Shown here piece by piece: positions 23,130 to 34,720 of a DNA stretch of 64,000 bases. The DNA comes from Heteronotia binoei (Eukaryota), in NCBI RefSeq assembly GCF_032191835.1, contig NC_083237.1, forward strand, positions 7,440,001 to 7,504,000. Direction: 5' to 3'. The stretch's first letter is position 1. Each line of letters opens with the position of its first letter. The notes beneath the pieces were generated by a model. The model did no database searches. It was not told the origin of the DNA and saw only the letters and a program-made list of their open reading frames with translations. The position numbers and the translations under genes were made by a program.

Positions 23130-24355
23130 GCAAACTTGGTTGCTGGAAAGGATTTATATAAAATTAGGTGGACTTTGAGTGGGTTTTTTTTTTTTTTGCT
23201 GTTGTAAATGTTTAACAGTATGTAGGATAGTAATGTAAGGTAAGGTAAGGTAAATTTATTTTTATATCCCGCCCTCCCCCGCCAAAGGCAGGCTCAGGGC
23301 GGCTGATATATCCCCCCCCCCCAAAAAAAAAATATTTTCCCATGTACTACCTGGGTTGGTTCTACTTAGCTTCTGAGATCTGATAAGACCAGGCTAGTTA
23401 CTCCTTAACATGCTTTTTAATCTTGCGTACTCACAACTGGTTTAAGGAATGATGAAAGGCCAGTTTCTTTTTTTCCTTCACACACATGCATGCCGTCTTG
23501 GGAAATGATTACACCGGAAGCAAAAACTAAAATAAGCATTATGTAGAAGAAGGGGTCCCCAAAAATTTTGAGCCTCTGGGCACCTTTGGAGTTCCGGCAC
23601 AGCATCGTGCGCGTGGCCACAAAATGGCTTGTGCATAAGATGGAGCCAGCCACAAAAATGGCCGCTACAGTTTACCTTCTGTCACCCAGTGAAGACCCTT
23701 CTGCTCTGGGGGTAGCTAGCTGCTGTCCACGCAACCTTTTGAAAAAAACCTGCACGGCCAATTAAGCCTCCAGTGGCCAATCAGAAGTCTTGCTGTGCGA
23801 AAGCCACACTTGGCACATGCCAGGAAATACGTCGGTGAGTGCCACAACACCCATGGGCGCCTCGTTGGGAAACCCTGATATAGAATGAAGGAGCCTTGAA
23901 ATGTCCAGGAGCCAGAGAGGCATATACATATTTAAAATAAATAGACTGAAATAAAACAAGAGGTAACAGTTACTTGATCTTGTTTGTGTGTGCATGTGGG
24001 GTGGGGGGTATATTCTGGTTTTTTTCATGCTGGGCAACTTGGGTCTAGCCGTTTTCTCTCCCCTAATTTAAAGCCCGATTTAACCACAATGTTTGGCTGC
24101 GGCTGAAGCACTTTCCCGTGGGACTTTGCGTTTGCACAGAGCCTTGTTTAAACTGGGTTGCTCACTTGGGAAGGGCATCGGTCCAAGACAAAAGACCCTC
24201 GGGAGAGCACTTTCGCCTTGCCAACTTCGCATTTAAATCAAGCCTAACACATCCTCTCTGACACGATTTTGTTGGTGAGAACGGCCAGGAGATGTCAAGG
24301 CAGGTGTGCCCACGTTCACTCCTCCCCTCTCTCCCCCTCCCTCTTTCTCTTATAG

Positions 24356-24459
24356 CATTAAATCTTCATGGAATATCTCTGTGGTGAAATTCTTGCTGGA
24401 GAAACTGAAGCACGAATTGGTTTCAAATCACCACAATTACACAGACAAAGAGCTAAAAG
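24356..24459 (+). CDS. C14orf93: C14orf93 coding exon 4
   Basis: tatag|C IKSSWNISVVKFLLEKLKHELVSNHHNYTDKELK G|gtaag. 104 nt. Confidence 0.96.
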
Positions 24460-25280
24460 GTAAGATGGGGATGAATAAAAAAAAAAAAAATCTTCCCGCA
24501 TCTCATTTCAGGATGTTATTGCTAGAGCCAGAACAGAAACATTTCCATTTATCTTTTCCTCCCCTGCCATGATAGTCTTTTCCAATCTTTTCTTTTAAAA
24601 GGCATTTTGGCTAGAAATGAAATCAACATAGTTTTTGGAAAGGTTTCTCCAACAAACAGGTGTGTGCATGTGTGAGAGAGAACTCTAGAATCTATTAATA
24701 ATAATTCCATTTTGTGGGCTTATTTATTATTTACTACTTAATTACAAAATTTGTACCTTTCTGTTCTCATCCAAGCCAGATTTAAAATATACATAATAAG
24801 GAACACACCATTAAAATGTACATAATAAGGAACACGTCATTAAAACAATTAACAATCTAAAACACACATGTACAAGTAGGGTTCCCAGCCTCCAGGTGAG
24901 GCCTGGAGATCTCCCACTTTTACAGCTCATCTCCAGCTGGCAGAGATCAGCTCTCCTGGAGAAAATGGCTGCTTGGAAGGGGGAGACTCTATGGCATTGT
25001 CTCATGCTGAGGCCCCACCCTTCCCTAAACCCAGCCCTCTCCCAGATCCACCCCCAAAGTATCCAGGTATTTTCCAGCACAGACCTGGCAACCCTACCCA
25101 AACAACAAACTCGTTCCTTCAAGGTGAGCACAACCTCGTCCAGAATGGGTTCCAGTTCAGACCCTCCGCTCACCAGTGGCGCTTCCATCTTGCTGGGATT
25201 GAGTTTAGATTTTTAGCCTGTACCCACACCAAATCTGCCTCCACCTTAGGGTTTCTACAACCCTTAACTTCATTTATACC

Positions 25281-25855
25281 CAGGGCCAGCTCTGCCATTA
25301 GACAAACTAGGCAGCTTTCTAGGGCGCTGGCTTTCTGGGGGCGCTGAACTGAGTGCCCCCCGTGTGACAGTGATGTTATCAGTGCAGGGGGCGGGGAGTG
25401 TAGGATTGCCAAATCCAATTCAAGAAATATCTGGGGACTTTGTGGGTGGGGCCAGGAACAAGGTTGTGACAAGCATAATTGAACTCCAAAGGGAGTTCTG
25501 GCCATCACATTTAAAGGAATCGCACCCCTTTTGAATGCCTTCCCTCCATTGGAAATAATGAAGAGAGGTACCTTCTTCTGGGGCTCATAGAACTGGACCC
25601 CCCGGTCCAATCCTTTTGAAACTTGGGGGCTGTTTTGAGGCGAGGCATCGAATGCTGTGCTGCAAATTTGGAGCCTCTACCTCAAAAAAACTAGTCCCCA
25701 TAGGGATTAATGGCATTTCCCTCCCCGCCACTTTCTGATTAACCTGAAGCAGGGAGAGGGCCTCCAAACTGCAGGACCCCCTTCCCCCACCTGGGGATTG
25801 GCAACCCTAGGGATTTTCTTTGCCTAGGGTGCCAGACAGTCTGGGGCCAGCCCTG
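25281..25855. mobile_element. hAT MITE (CAGGGCC TIR) with a nested TAGGGTTGCC-family MITE (25401-25809)
   Basis: Outer TSD TTTATACC/TTTATTCC (7/8). An uninterrupted relative lies at ~36355-36515. Confidence 0.75.
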
Positions 25856-26117
25856 TTTATTCCCCACTTTTCTCTCCAATGGGGTACCCAGAACCGCTTA
25901 CTTAATTCCCTTCTTCTCCATTCTGTTCTCACAATAACCTTGTGAGGTAGGTTAGGCTGAGTGGGTGTGACTAGCCAAAGGTCACCCAGCAACCTTCCGT
26001 AGCAGACTGGGGATTTGAACCTGGCTGTCCCAGATCCTAAGCCTGACACTTTAATCACTACACCACAATGACTGTTAAACACTGGTTGTTTGCTTGCATG
26101 CTGGTCGTTCATTTACC

Positions 26118-26299
26118 CAGGGCTTTTTTTGTAATAGAAACTCCTTTGCATATTAGGCCACACACCCCAGATGTGACCAATCCTCCTAGAACTTACAGGA
26201 CTCGCAGCACAGGGCCTGCTGTAAGCTCCAGGAGGATTGGCTACATCAGGTGGGTGTGGCCTATTATGCAAAGGAGCTCCTGCTACAGAAAAAGCCCTG
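26118..26299. mobile_element. Palindromic hAT MITE
   Basis: CAGGGCTTTTT...AAAAAGCCCTG with a perfect 8-bp TSD CATTTACC. Relative at ~36170-36334. Confidence 0.85.
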
Positions 26300-26369
26300 C
26301 ATTTACCCCTCGTTCCGGTCACCCTGCTTTCCCTACTTGTGATCGCCTCGCTTTTTTAAACTCTGCTAG

Positions 26370-26482
26370 GAGCCTGCGTGGCCTACTTCCTGACCAAGCG
26401 GCGTGAGTACCGTAACTCTCTCAACCCCTTCAAAGGTCTCAAAGAGAAGGAGGAGAAAAAACTACGCAGCAGACGCTATCGG
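26370..26482 (+). CDS. C14orf93: C14orf93 coding exon 5
   Basis: gctag|GA ACVAYFLTKRREYRNSLNPFKGLKEKEEKKLRSRRYR|gtaag. 113 nt. Confidence 0.97.
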
Positions 26483-27077
26483 GTAAGGCAGAAGTGCTCC
26501 ACTCCAGAACTTCAAGGGCTTTTTCTGCACTGTTGTTAACTCAAGAGGGCCACGCTGCTGGGTTAACTGCCCGAAAGGCACGTTTTGTCAGGATTTAAAT
26601 CCAAATACATGTGTACAGCCATTTGATTTTGGGATATTTGTAAACAAATAAAAATTCGCACCGCAGTGCGGGAGGCTGCTGCATCAGTATTCTTGCTCAC
26701 ATACCTCTGTTCGACAGATGAAGAGGGAGGCTGCATTCAGAATCACAGATTAAAGGGAAGTGTACACAAACCCAGCCTGTTTCTGAGTTTACCCACAGCC
26801 CTGTCTTCTCTATTCTCATACTTCAGTTCAGTCTTAACTTCAGGTAGCGAATATGGTTGCCAAGCTTCAGGTAGGGCCTGGGGATCTCCCAGAATTACAG
26901 CTGATTTCCAGATGAAAGAGATCCGTTCCCCTAGCGCTAATGGCTGCTTTGTAGGATGGAATTTATGTCATTATTCCTCACTGAGCTCCACCCCAAATCT
27001 CCAGGAATTCCCCAATCCGGATTTGGCCACAGGGTTTACAAATTTAGGTGCATTGGGTTAAGCAGAGTTTTTTAGAC

Positions 27078-27255
27078 CAGTTTTGCACTAGACCTTTAAT
27101 CCTGGTGTAGCCCTGTCCCCAAGCTGACATTCTGTACTAAAATTGCAGAATCATTAAATCGTAGAGTTGGTTTCTCTGATTCTGTTATTTTAGTGTAGAA
27201 TGTCAGTTTGGGGACAGAGCTAAACCAGGATTAAAGGTCTAGTGCGAAATTGGTT
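27078..27255. repeat. Palindromic MITE-like foldback (~78-bp arms)
   Basis: ACCAGTTTTGCACTAGACCTTTAATCCTGG... is mirrored by ...CCAGGATTAAAGGTCTAGTGCGAAATTGGT. Confidence 0.7.
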
Positions 27256-27357
27256 TTCGTTTGCTCCCCGCTACCTACGATAATAAGCCTGAATTAAACC
27301 TCGGTTTAGGATCCCAGTTGGTGGTGAAGAGGGAAGATAATGCTAGTTAACCCGTTT

Positions 27358-28165
27358 CCTTTTTTTTTAAGTAAAACAATTTATTGTAATATATTGTAAT
27401 AACATATTTTCATTTGTCATTAAATGTTAGAACACATACATCACATTTTCTCCACCCCACCCACCACCCTTTTGTGATCCCCAGCAGTGCATATTCCCCC
27501 TTATCAAACGTCCCCAGATTATTTAATCTAATTTGTTATAAGGTAAAAAACTTTGTCTATTAGAAAATCTTTCTCCAAAAAGCTCAAAGGTTATAATCCG
27601 TCTTCATGGTATTTCTTTTTAGTCATTGGGAAAGAGGGGAAAAAAAACATTATGAAGATTATAATCCAATAATCAAGTCTTTTAAACTGTAATCCATACA
27701 TCGTTTCTTTAAAGGTTAACCATTGTTGAATATCACCAAATGTCCTTTAACGTTCCATTGTTTTTCAGTATATTTTTGAAACTTTCCCCAGTCGTTTTTA
27801 AATTTCTCTAAATCTTGTTCATTTAAGATTCTCGTAAGTTTGTCTATTTCACTCCAATGCATAACTTTCAAAGTCATTCCCTTACTTCTGGTATTTTGTC
27901 TTGTTTCCACATTTGCGCATGCAATGTCCGTGCAGCTGAAAGCATGTACCAAATTATTATTCTATCTTGCTTTTGAAATTTTTCCATTTGTAATCCCAGC
28001 AGGAAAATATCTGGTGCTTTCTTAATATTATATCCCAAAACTTTCGAGATCTCCTGCTGAATCATTTGCCAGAATTGCTTCGCCTTTTCACAAGTCCACC
28101 ACATAGGGTAAAAAGATCCTTCGTGGCGTTTACATTTCCAGCATCTATCCGACAACTGATTGTTG
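27358..28165 (-). mobile_element. 5'-truncated L1-like LINE
   Basis: ORF2 Cys/His domain (RCWKCKRHEGSFYPMWWTC), poly-T on the + strand, 14-bp TSD TAGTTAACC(C/T)GTTT. Confidence 0.88.
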
Positions 28166-28706
28166 TAGTTAACCTGTTTTCATACCTCAATGGTAACTGA
28201 AGTCAGGACTGGCATGTGGGGTTGTGCCGCCCAAGGCAGAACCCCAACACACACCCTGAGGAAAGCGCGCACACGTGGGGTGATGATGTCATCCAGAGGT
28301 GATGTTATCACACTGAGCACTCAGTGCTTCCCCTCTCCAGCGCTCTCCAAGTTCAGAGGGCGCCGAGGATGGGAAGCACCGTTCTTTCTGGGAGCTGAGG
28401 GGCAGGGGGAGCTCCTCCAACCCCTCAGAGCCCAGTTGGATGCTCAGGGATGGTGCAAGCGGGGAGGGGGTGCTTGTCTCCCACCCCTGCTGGGAGCTGT
28501 CACCCTAAGCAATTGCCATGGTCAGTGACTCCCACACGCTGGCCCTGCTTAAGTTACAGTTTATGATTCTCACTGCAAGAATGTTAGGGAGAAGAGGGAG
28601 GTGCATATGAGACGCACAACAACTTGGGTTCTTGCATGTTTTTCTTTAGCCGCATCTGAATGTAGAAGAAGAATTGCAGATTTATACCCCACTGTTCTCC
28701 CTGAAT

Positions 28707-29142
28707 CAGAGACTCCGAGTGGCTTACAGTCTCCTATATCTTCTCCCCCCACAACAGACACCCTCTGAGGTGGATGGGGCTGAGAGGGCTCTCACAGCAG
28801 CTGCCCTTTCAAGGACAGAGACTCAGAGCGGCTTACAATCTCCTATGTCTTCTCCCCCCACAACAGACACCCTGTGAGGTGGGTGGGGCTGAGAGGGCTC
28901 TCACAGCAGCTGCCTTTTCAAGGACAGAGGCTCAGAGCGGCTTACAATCTCCTATGTCTTCTCCCCCCACAACAGACACCCTGTGAGGTGGATGGGGCTG
29001 AGAGGGCTCTCACAGCAGCTGCCCTTTCAAGGACAGAGGCTCAGAGCGGCTTACAATCTCCTATGTCTTCTCCCCCGACAACAGACACCCTGTGAGGTGG
29101 GTGGGGCTGAGAGGGCTCTCACAGCAGCTGCCTTTTCAAGGA
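28707..29142 (-). repeat. 4x 109-bp tandem repeat derived from the SINE body
   Basis: Unit starts at 28707, 28816, 28925 and 29034. Explains the repeated ORFs at 28774, 28874 and 28983. Confidence 0.9.
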
Positions 29143-29146
29143 CAGC

Positions 29147-29552
29147 TCCTGTGATAGCTATAGACAGCAAACCAGTGGCGGTACAGTGATGGCAAAATAG
29201 AAAAAACAGCTGCACCTGATAACAAAACTATTGAATAACTTGTAATATTTCTATAAAGTTAACACTACAAATACAAAAGATACATAGCAAAATTCAAAAC
29301 GATACTTCTTTTGACTCTCTGCGGATTGAGCTTTGGATCTTTTGTGACCTTTATTAAAGAAGAAAACTTTGAGGAGTCACACAGAAAGAACTTCTTGTTG
29401 CTTTAAGAGACACTGGACCTTTGGAGGTATCGTTTAGAATTTTGCTATGTGTCTTTTGTATTTGTAGTGTTAACTTTATAGAAATATTATAAGTTATTCA
29501 ATAGTTTTGTTATCGGGTGCAGCTGTTTTTTCTATTTTCCTGTGATAGCTAT
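29147..29552. mobile_element. Foldback insertion inside a SINE (Penelope-like architecture)
   Basis: 15-bp TSD TCCTGTGATAGCTAT, 32-bp unpaired tail, and 112-bp inverted arms at 29194-29305 and 29427-29538. Confidence 0.65.
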
Positions 29553-30082
29553 GGCTAACCCAAGGCCATTCCAGCAGGTGCAAGTGGAGGAGTGGGGAAT
29601 CAAACCCGGTGCTCCCAGATAACAGTCCATGCACTTAACCACTACACCAAACTGGCTCACAGTGTAGCCACAGGCACCAGGCAGTGTCAGCACTCGGGAA
29701 ACTATGCTAGGGAGAGATGCTACAACTCTGTTTTTGCCTTTTAAATCAAAGGCATCTTACAGCTTGACGCACTGCAGCCCATACAGGCTGAGTCCGAGGT
29801 CCCCTCCCTGTGTGCTATGTAACCGTCGCACCTGACTTGCAGGTTTTCCGAAATTCCTGTGTGCGGTGCCTGACTTGGACCGCGACTGCAGCATTCTTGA
29901 AGAAGGGGCTTCAGCCCCTTTTTGCCAACCTCCCATCTGGGGAGGGATGCTGTTTGGCCCATTGGGGAAAACCACGAGTGTATGGTTGGATTCACCAACA
30001 GCCCACATAGCACGCTCCTGTGGCCACAGCAAGTCATGAAAATGGTGGAGGAGGAAAGACTGAAGCTTCTCCTCCATGTGGA

Positions 30083-30752
30083 GTCTTGTGTTCAGTTTTG
30101 GGCACATTTTAAGAAGGATATAGACAAGCTGGAACGGGTCCAGAGGAGGGCAACAAAGATGGTGAGGGGTCTGGAGACCAAGTCCTATGAAGAAAGGTTG
30201 AAGGAGCTGGGCATGTTTAGTCTGGAGAGCAGGCGGCTGAGAGGTGATATGATCACCGTCTTCAAGTACTTGAAGGGCTGTCATCTAGAGCAGGGGTGGC
30301 CAACGGTAGTTCTCCAGATGTTTTTTTGCCTACAACTCTCATCAGCCCCAGCCATTGGCCATGCTGGCTGGGGCTGATGAGAGTTGTAGGCTAAAAACAT
30401 CTGGAGAGCTACTGTTGGCCACCCCTGATCTAGAGGATGGTGTGGAATTGTTTTCTGTGGCCCCAGAAGGTAGGACCAGAACCAGTGGGTTGAAATTAAA
30501 TCAAAAGAGTTTACGGCTCAACATTAGGAAGAACTTCCTGACCGTTAGAGCAGTTCCTCAGTGGAACAGGCTTCCTTGGGAGTTGGTGGGCTCTCCGTCC
30601 TTGGAGGTTTTTAAACAGAGGCTAGATAGCCATTTGACAGCAATGAAGATCCTGTGAATTTAGAGGGAGGTATTTGTGAGTTTCCTGCACTGTGCAGGGT
30701 GTTGGACTAGATGACCCTGGAGGTTCCTTCCAACTCTATGTTTCTATAATTC
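30083..30752 (+). mobile_element. CR1 LINE 3' fragment interrupted by a palindromic hAT MITE (30291-30427)
   Basis: [30 protein letters not shown]. The MITE has a perfect TSD ATCTAGAG. Confidence 0.9.
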
Positions 30753-31789
30753 TGTGTACCACAGTCATAATCCAAATCAGACACTGTGCATGGGAACTGA
30801 AGATAGCCTGTGGATCACATGTGAGTGTTAATCATGGGAGAGACCTCAGACCCAGCCTCTATACTCCATAATGTATGAAGAGATCCTTATGTGAATGGTC
30901 TTGGGAGTACAGTTATTAGAAATTTCAATGGGGGATCACTAGCCCTTTATGGAGAAGAAGCATTTAGCCTTACGTTTCTTTTTTAAAAAATATAAATGCC
31001 CTGTAATAATACCCTCCTGTGAGTTCATCTGTGATATGTGCATGCTGAATACATTCCATCAGTTGCATCAAACAAAATGTGGCTTAAAATGCACTTTAGT
31101 TTGGATAATTCATACGTGCAGTGATCAGCTCTTAGTCTTTGTCTGTTTTTTGTTCTTCACATTTGAACTCTGGCTAATCTTTGACTTCAGAATAGGCTAG
31201 AAGAGATGTGAGTCTGTGACTTTTTACAGCCTGATTTCAACAGCGCTAGGACAGAATTCTGCTAAATTAAATTACTGCTTAAAGCAGCAGTCCTACGCAC
31301 ATCTATTTAGGATTAAACATCTGAGTGAACATGCGTAGGACCGAGCTTCATAGATGTTTCGAATTGCAGCATTCTGGCATGACCCTATGCATGTTTGCTT
31401 GGAAGCAAGTGGGCTGAACTGAATTAGACTGCCTCCAACTGAAGGCAGAATTTGAATGGTGATTTACTTCTTTAATGACTATGCTCAAATAAATTTTCAG
31501 ACTGAAAGAGAAAATCCAGCTCCTGCTTTATGAACCATCTGTAAAGGATGTCATGCGATTAAGAGACTGCAGGGGAGTATCAGTTTAGGATAAAGGTTAG
31601 AATAAGGGAAGAGCAAAATGTGCCTAGGAAAGAGGGGGCTCATTAAAATGATGGTGAATGTTAAGAAAGCTTTAAGCACAAAGGATAACACTGTCAGCAA
31701 TGTCTTAAAAGCTGCAAACTCATGAACACTTTTGGGGGGGTATTTTTGTATTTTCTCATATGTGCATGTATGCACACGCACATGTGTAT

Positions 31790-31980
31790 ATGTGTGCACC
31801 TGGAAGTCATAGTGACTTCTCATCATTGACCCCTACTGGGAGCCTGGAGGATATTCATGGAGGTGGCTGAATGAAGCCTACCTCTGCCTCCTACTGCTGG
31901 TATTCCAAAGAGATCTTCCATCCAGGTACTTGCCAGAGTTGACCCTGCTTAGCTTCCAAGATCTGGCTATCCAGGTCAGG
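31790..31980 (-). mobile_element. 5S-rRNA-headed SINE fragment
   Basis: Resembles the reverse complement of the 5S internal promoter (CCATCCAGGTACT...GACCCTGCTTAGCTTCCAAGATCT). Similar remnants near 21370-21545, 23340-23400, 33400-33480 and 59125-59290. Confidence 0.55.
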
Positions 31981-32066
31981 GCTTTTGGAGGAACCAGATG
32001 TGTTCCAGTACACATCTGGCCCCACTGTTGGACCTCCTGATGGCACCTGCATTTTTTAGCCACTGT

Positions 32067-32870
32067 GGGACACAGAGTGTTGGACTGGATGGGCCACTGG
32101 CCTGATCCAACAGGGCTTCTCTGATGTTCTTATGTGACACAGAGTGTTGGACTGGAGGGGCCACTGGCCTGATCCAACATGGCTTCTCTTATGTTCTTAT
32201 GTGTCACAGAGTGTTGGACTGGAGGGGCCACTGGCCTGATCCAACATGGCTTCTCTTATGTTCTTACGTGACTCAGAGTGTTGGACTGGATGGGCCCTTG
32301 GTCTGATCCAACAGGGCTTTTCTGATGTTCTTACGTGACTCAGAGTGTTGGACTGGATGGGCCCTTGGTCTGATCCAACAGGGCTTTTCTGATGTTCTTA
32401 TGTGACACAGAGTGTTGGACTGGAGGGGCCACTGGCCTGATCCAACATGGCTTCTCTTATGTTCTTATGTGTCACAGAGTGTTGGACTGGAGGGGCCACT
32501 GGCCTGATCCAACATGGCTTCTCTTATGTTCTTACGTGACTCAGAGTGTTGGACTGGATGGGCCCTTGGTCTGATCCAACAGGGCTTTTCTGATGTTCTT
32601 ATGTGACACAGAGTGTTGGACTGGAGGGGCCACTGGCCTGACCCAACATGGCTTCTCTTATGTTCTTATGTGTCACAGAGTGTTGGACTGGAGGGGCCAC
32701 TGGCCTGATCCAACATGGCTTCTCTTATGTTCTTATGTGTCACAGAGTGTTGGACTGGAGGGGCCACTGGCCTGATCCAACATGGCTTCTCTTATGTTCT
32801 TATGTGACACAGAGTGTTGGACTGGATAGGCCATTGGCCTGATCCAACATGGTTTCTCTTATGTTCTTAT
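32067..32870 (+). repeat. 12x 67-bp minisatellite derived from the CR1 3' terminus
   Basis: Unit GTGACACAGAGTGTTGGACTGGA(T/G)GGGCCA(T/C)TGGCCTGATCCAACATGGCTTCTCTTATGTTCTTAT with an exact 67-bp period. Confidence 0.95.
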
Positions 32871-34199
32871 GTTGGTACCGCAGTCTCCAGAAGCAAGTGA
32901 CCACGGTATTGCAGGCATATAGGCAGACACTAACAGGGCCGGATCTGGGGGGAGGGGCAGAGGGGCGTGCTTGCCCCGGGCGCTGATGGAGGGGGGGGCG
33001 CCAAATTGGGTATGGAGTCCATTGTATTCTATGGGACCATACGATAGAATGGCCCATAAGAGGGCGTCATTTTTTAAATTCCCCCCCCCTTCAAAAAATG
33101 TAGATGTAGATCCAGTCCTGGACACTAAGCATCTTCCTGTTTACTGTCACTAAATCCCTTTGAAGTATAGATCTTTCGGGAAAAGCAGCTTCTGTCAGTC
33201 TCCTCCCTCCCTCCCTCCCTCTGTTCCATGCCCAGAAGATGGAGCCTCATGAACACTTCTCTGAAAGGAAATCCTATTGAATAAAATGGGACTGGCGTGC
33301 GTAAAGTGTGTTATTAAGTCATAGCCAATAGGGATTTCAAAAGCCATGAAACAGTTGGCTTGCCACTGCCAGCCTCTCTTTGGCAATCCCACATTGCCTT
33401 GTTGGTCTCCTGTCCAAGTACCAATCAGAGGCGACCCTACGAAGTTTCCAAGATCAGATCAGGCTAGCCGAGGCCATCCAGGGAAGGTAAAATGGGACAT
33501 TTCTAAGTTATGTATAAGATTGTGCTGCGATATGTGTGGGAGTGTGTGCCATAGGACGCTCTCAGCCAGAAAGACGTTACTTGATCAAGCTTGTTAAATA
33601 AACCATCACTTTACTTCCTATTAGCTCTCCACTTGAGAGAAAAGACGAAACCAAGACACTTGGATCATTTAGCCTGCATCCCACTTGTTTTCCGTGGCAC
33701 TTATCAAAGCAGCAATAATCTTCCTTTAAAAAAGATACCTGTTTGCATTGCAAATTGCTAGTCTGGGAGTGAGAGCCCTCTACTGCCACCCGCCAGTTCC
33801 TGTGCTTGCCTATAAAAGGCTGGATAAAGGAGAGCTGTGACTTTGCACATCTGCACTAAGCAGCTTCCAGTTTTAATGAGAATGTGGGCTGCAAACAATG
33901 CATAGTTGAGATTGCCTATTTTCAGACCCTGGGTAAATCTCAACTATGCATTGTTTGGCCACAAAACCCTATTTGTCAGGGTCATTCCCTGTTTCTCCTG
34001 CCTGCTTGTTGTAAATGATTGTCCTTTTGTCCCTTTTTTTGCCCGAGCTTCTAGAATCGCCACGCTTGAAGGCTCATCTGCCTTACCAGAGATAAATATC
34101 TGAGTGGGCGTATCCTCTGTGCGATGCACATGTGTGTAAATGCATGCATGTGACCAGTAAAGTAAATAGGTTTGCCAGCCTCCGGGGGGGGGGGGGGTA

Positions 34200-34720
34200 A
34201 CAGTAAAACTTATGAGACCATGCTAAACCAGAAGAATCAACAGAAAAAAAAAACGGTGTAATGGCTCCATATGAATTCGAATTTGATTCTATTCAAATAC
34301 AGTATTTGTTCCCAGTAATACACAAAATTCTGAATGGACAATATGCTGCAACAAGAGCTGTAGTATTATCGCAATACAATAAAAGCTATTTCCACAAGGT
34401 GCAGTGAAGTCCCCAACAGGTAAAACACAGTCTCAAAATCTGTAGCAGACATTCAAGAAGAATGAAAGCAGTTGATTCCAGAGCGACAGAGGTTTCCTCA
34501 GTCTTCATCGAGTCTGCATAAATTCAGCAATGGAACCAAAGCGTTAAACAATTCATCCTGACAGTTCTAAGTCACTTCTCGCTGTACGTGACTGTCTTGT
34601 CAATTTCAGATCAGCCATAAGGTTCTTGAAGAAGAACAATAGTCTCATATGGCAAGAAGTGACTTAGAACCGTCAGGCTGAATTGGACAACGCTTTGGTT
34701 CGATTGTTGAATTTATGCAT
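34200..34720. mobile_element. Probable degenerate Penelope-like fragment with an internal ~65-bp inverted repeat
   Basis: Arms at ~34515-34580 and ~34655-34718. Degenerate hammerhead-like core on the - strand at 34479-34516. Confidence 0.4.

Noticed and set aside
32067-32870. CRISPR-like regular repeats (also 39930, 47119 and 516)
   Set aside because: Units are contiguous with no unique spacers, they derive from CR1 or MITE sequence, and the DNA is vertebrate.
33400-33480. 5S rRNA gene
   Set aside because: Only a degenerate partial match to the internal promoter region. It fits a 5S-derived SINE remnant.
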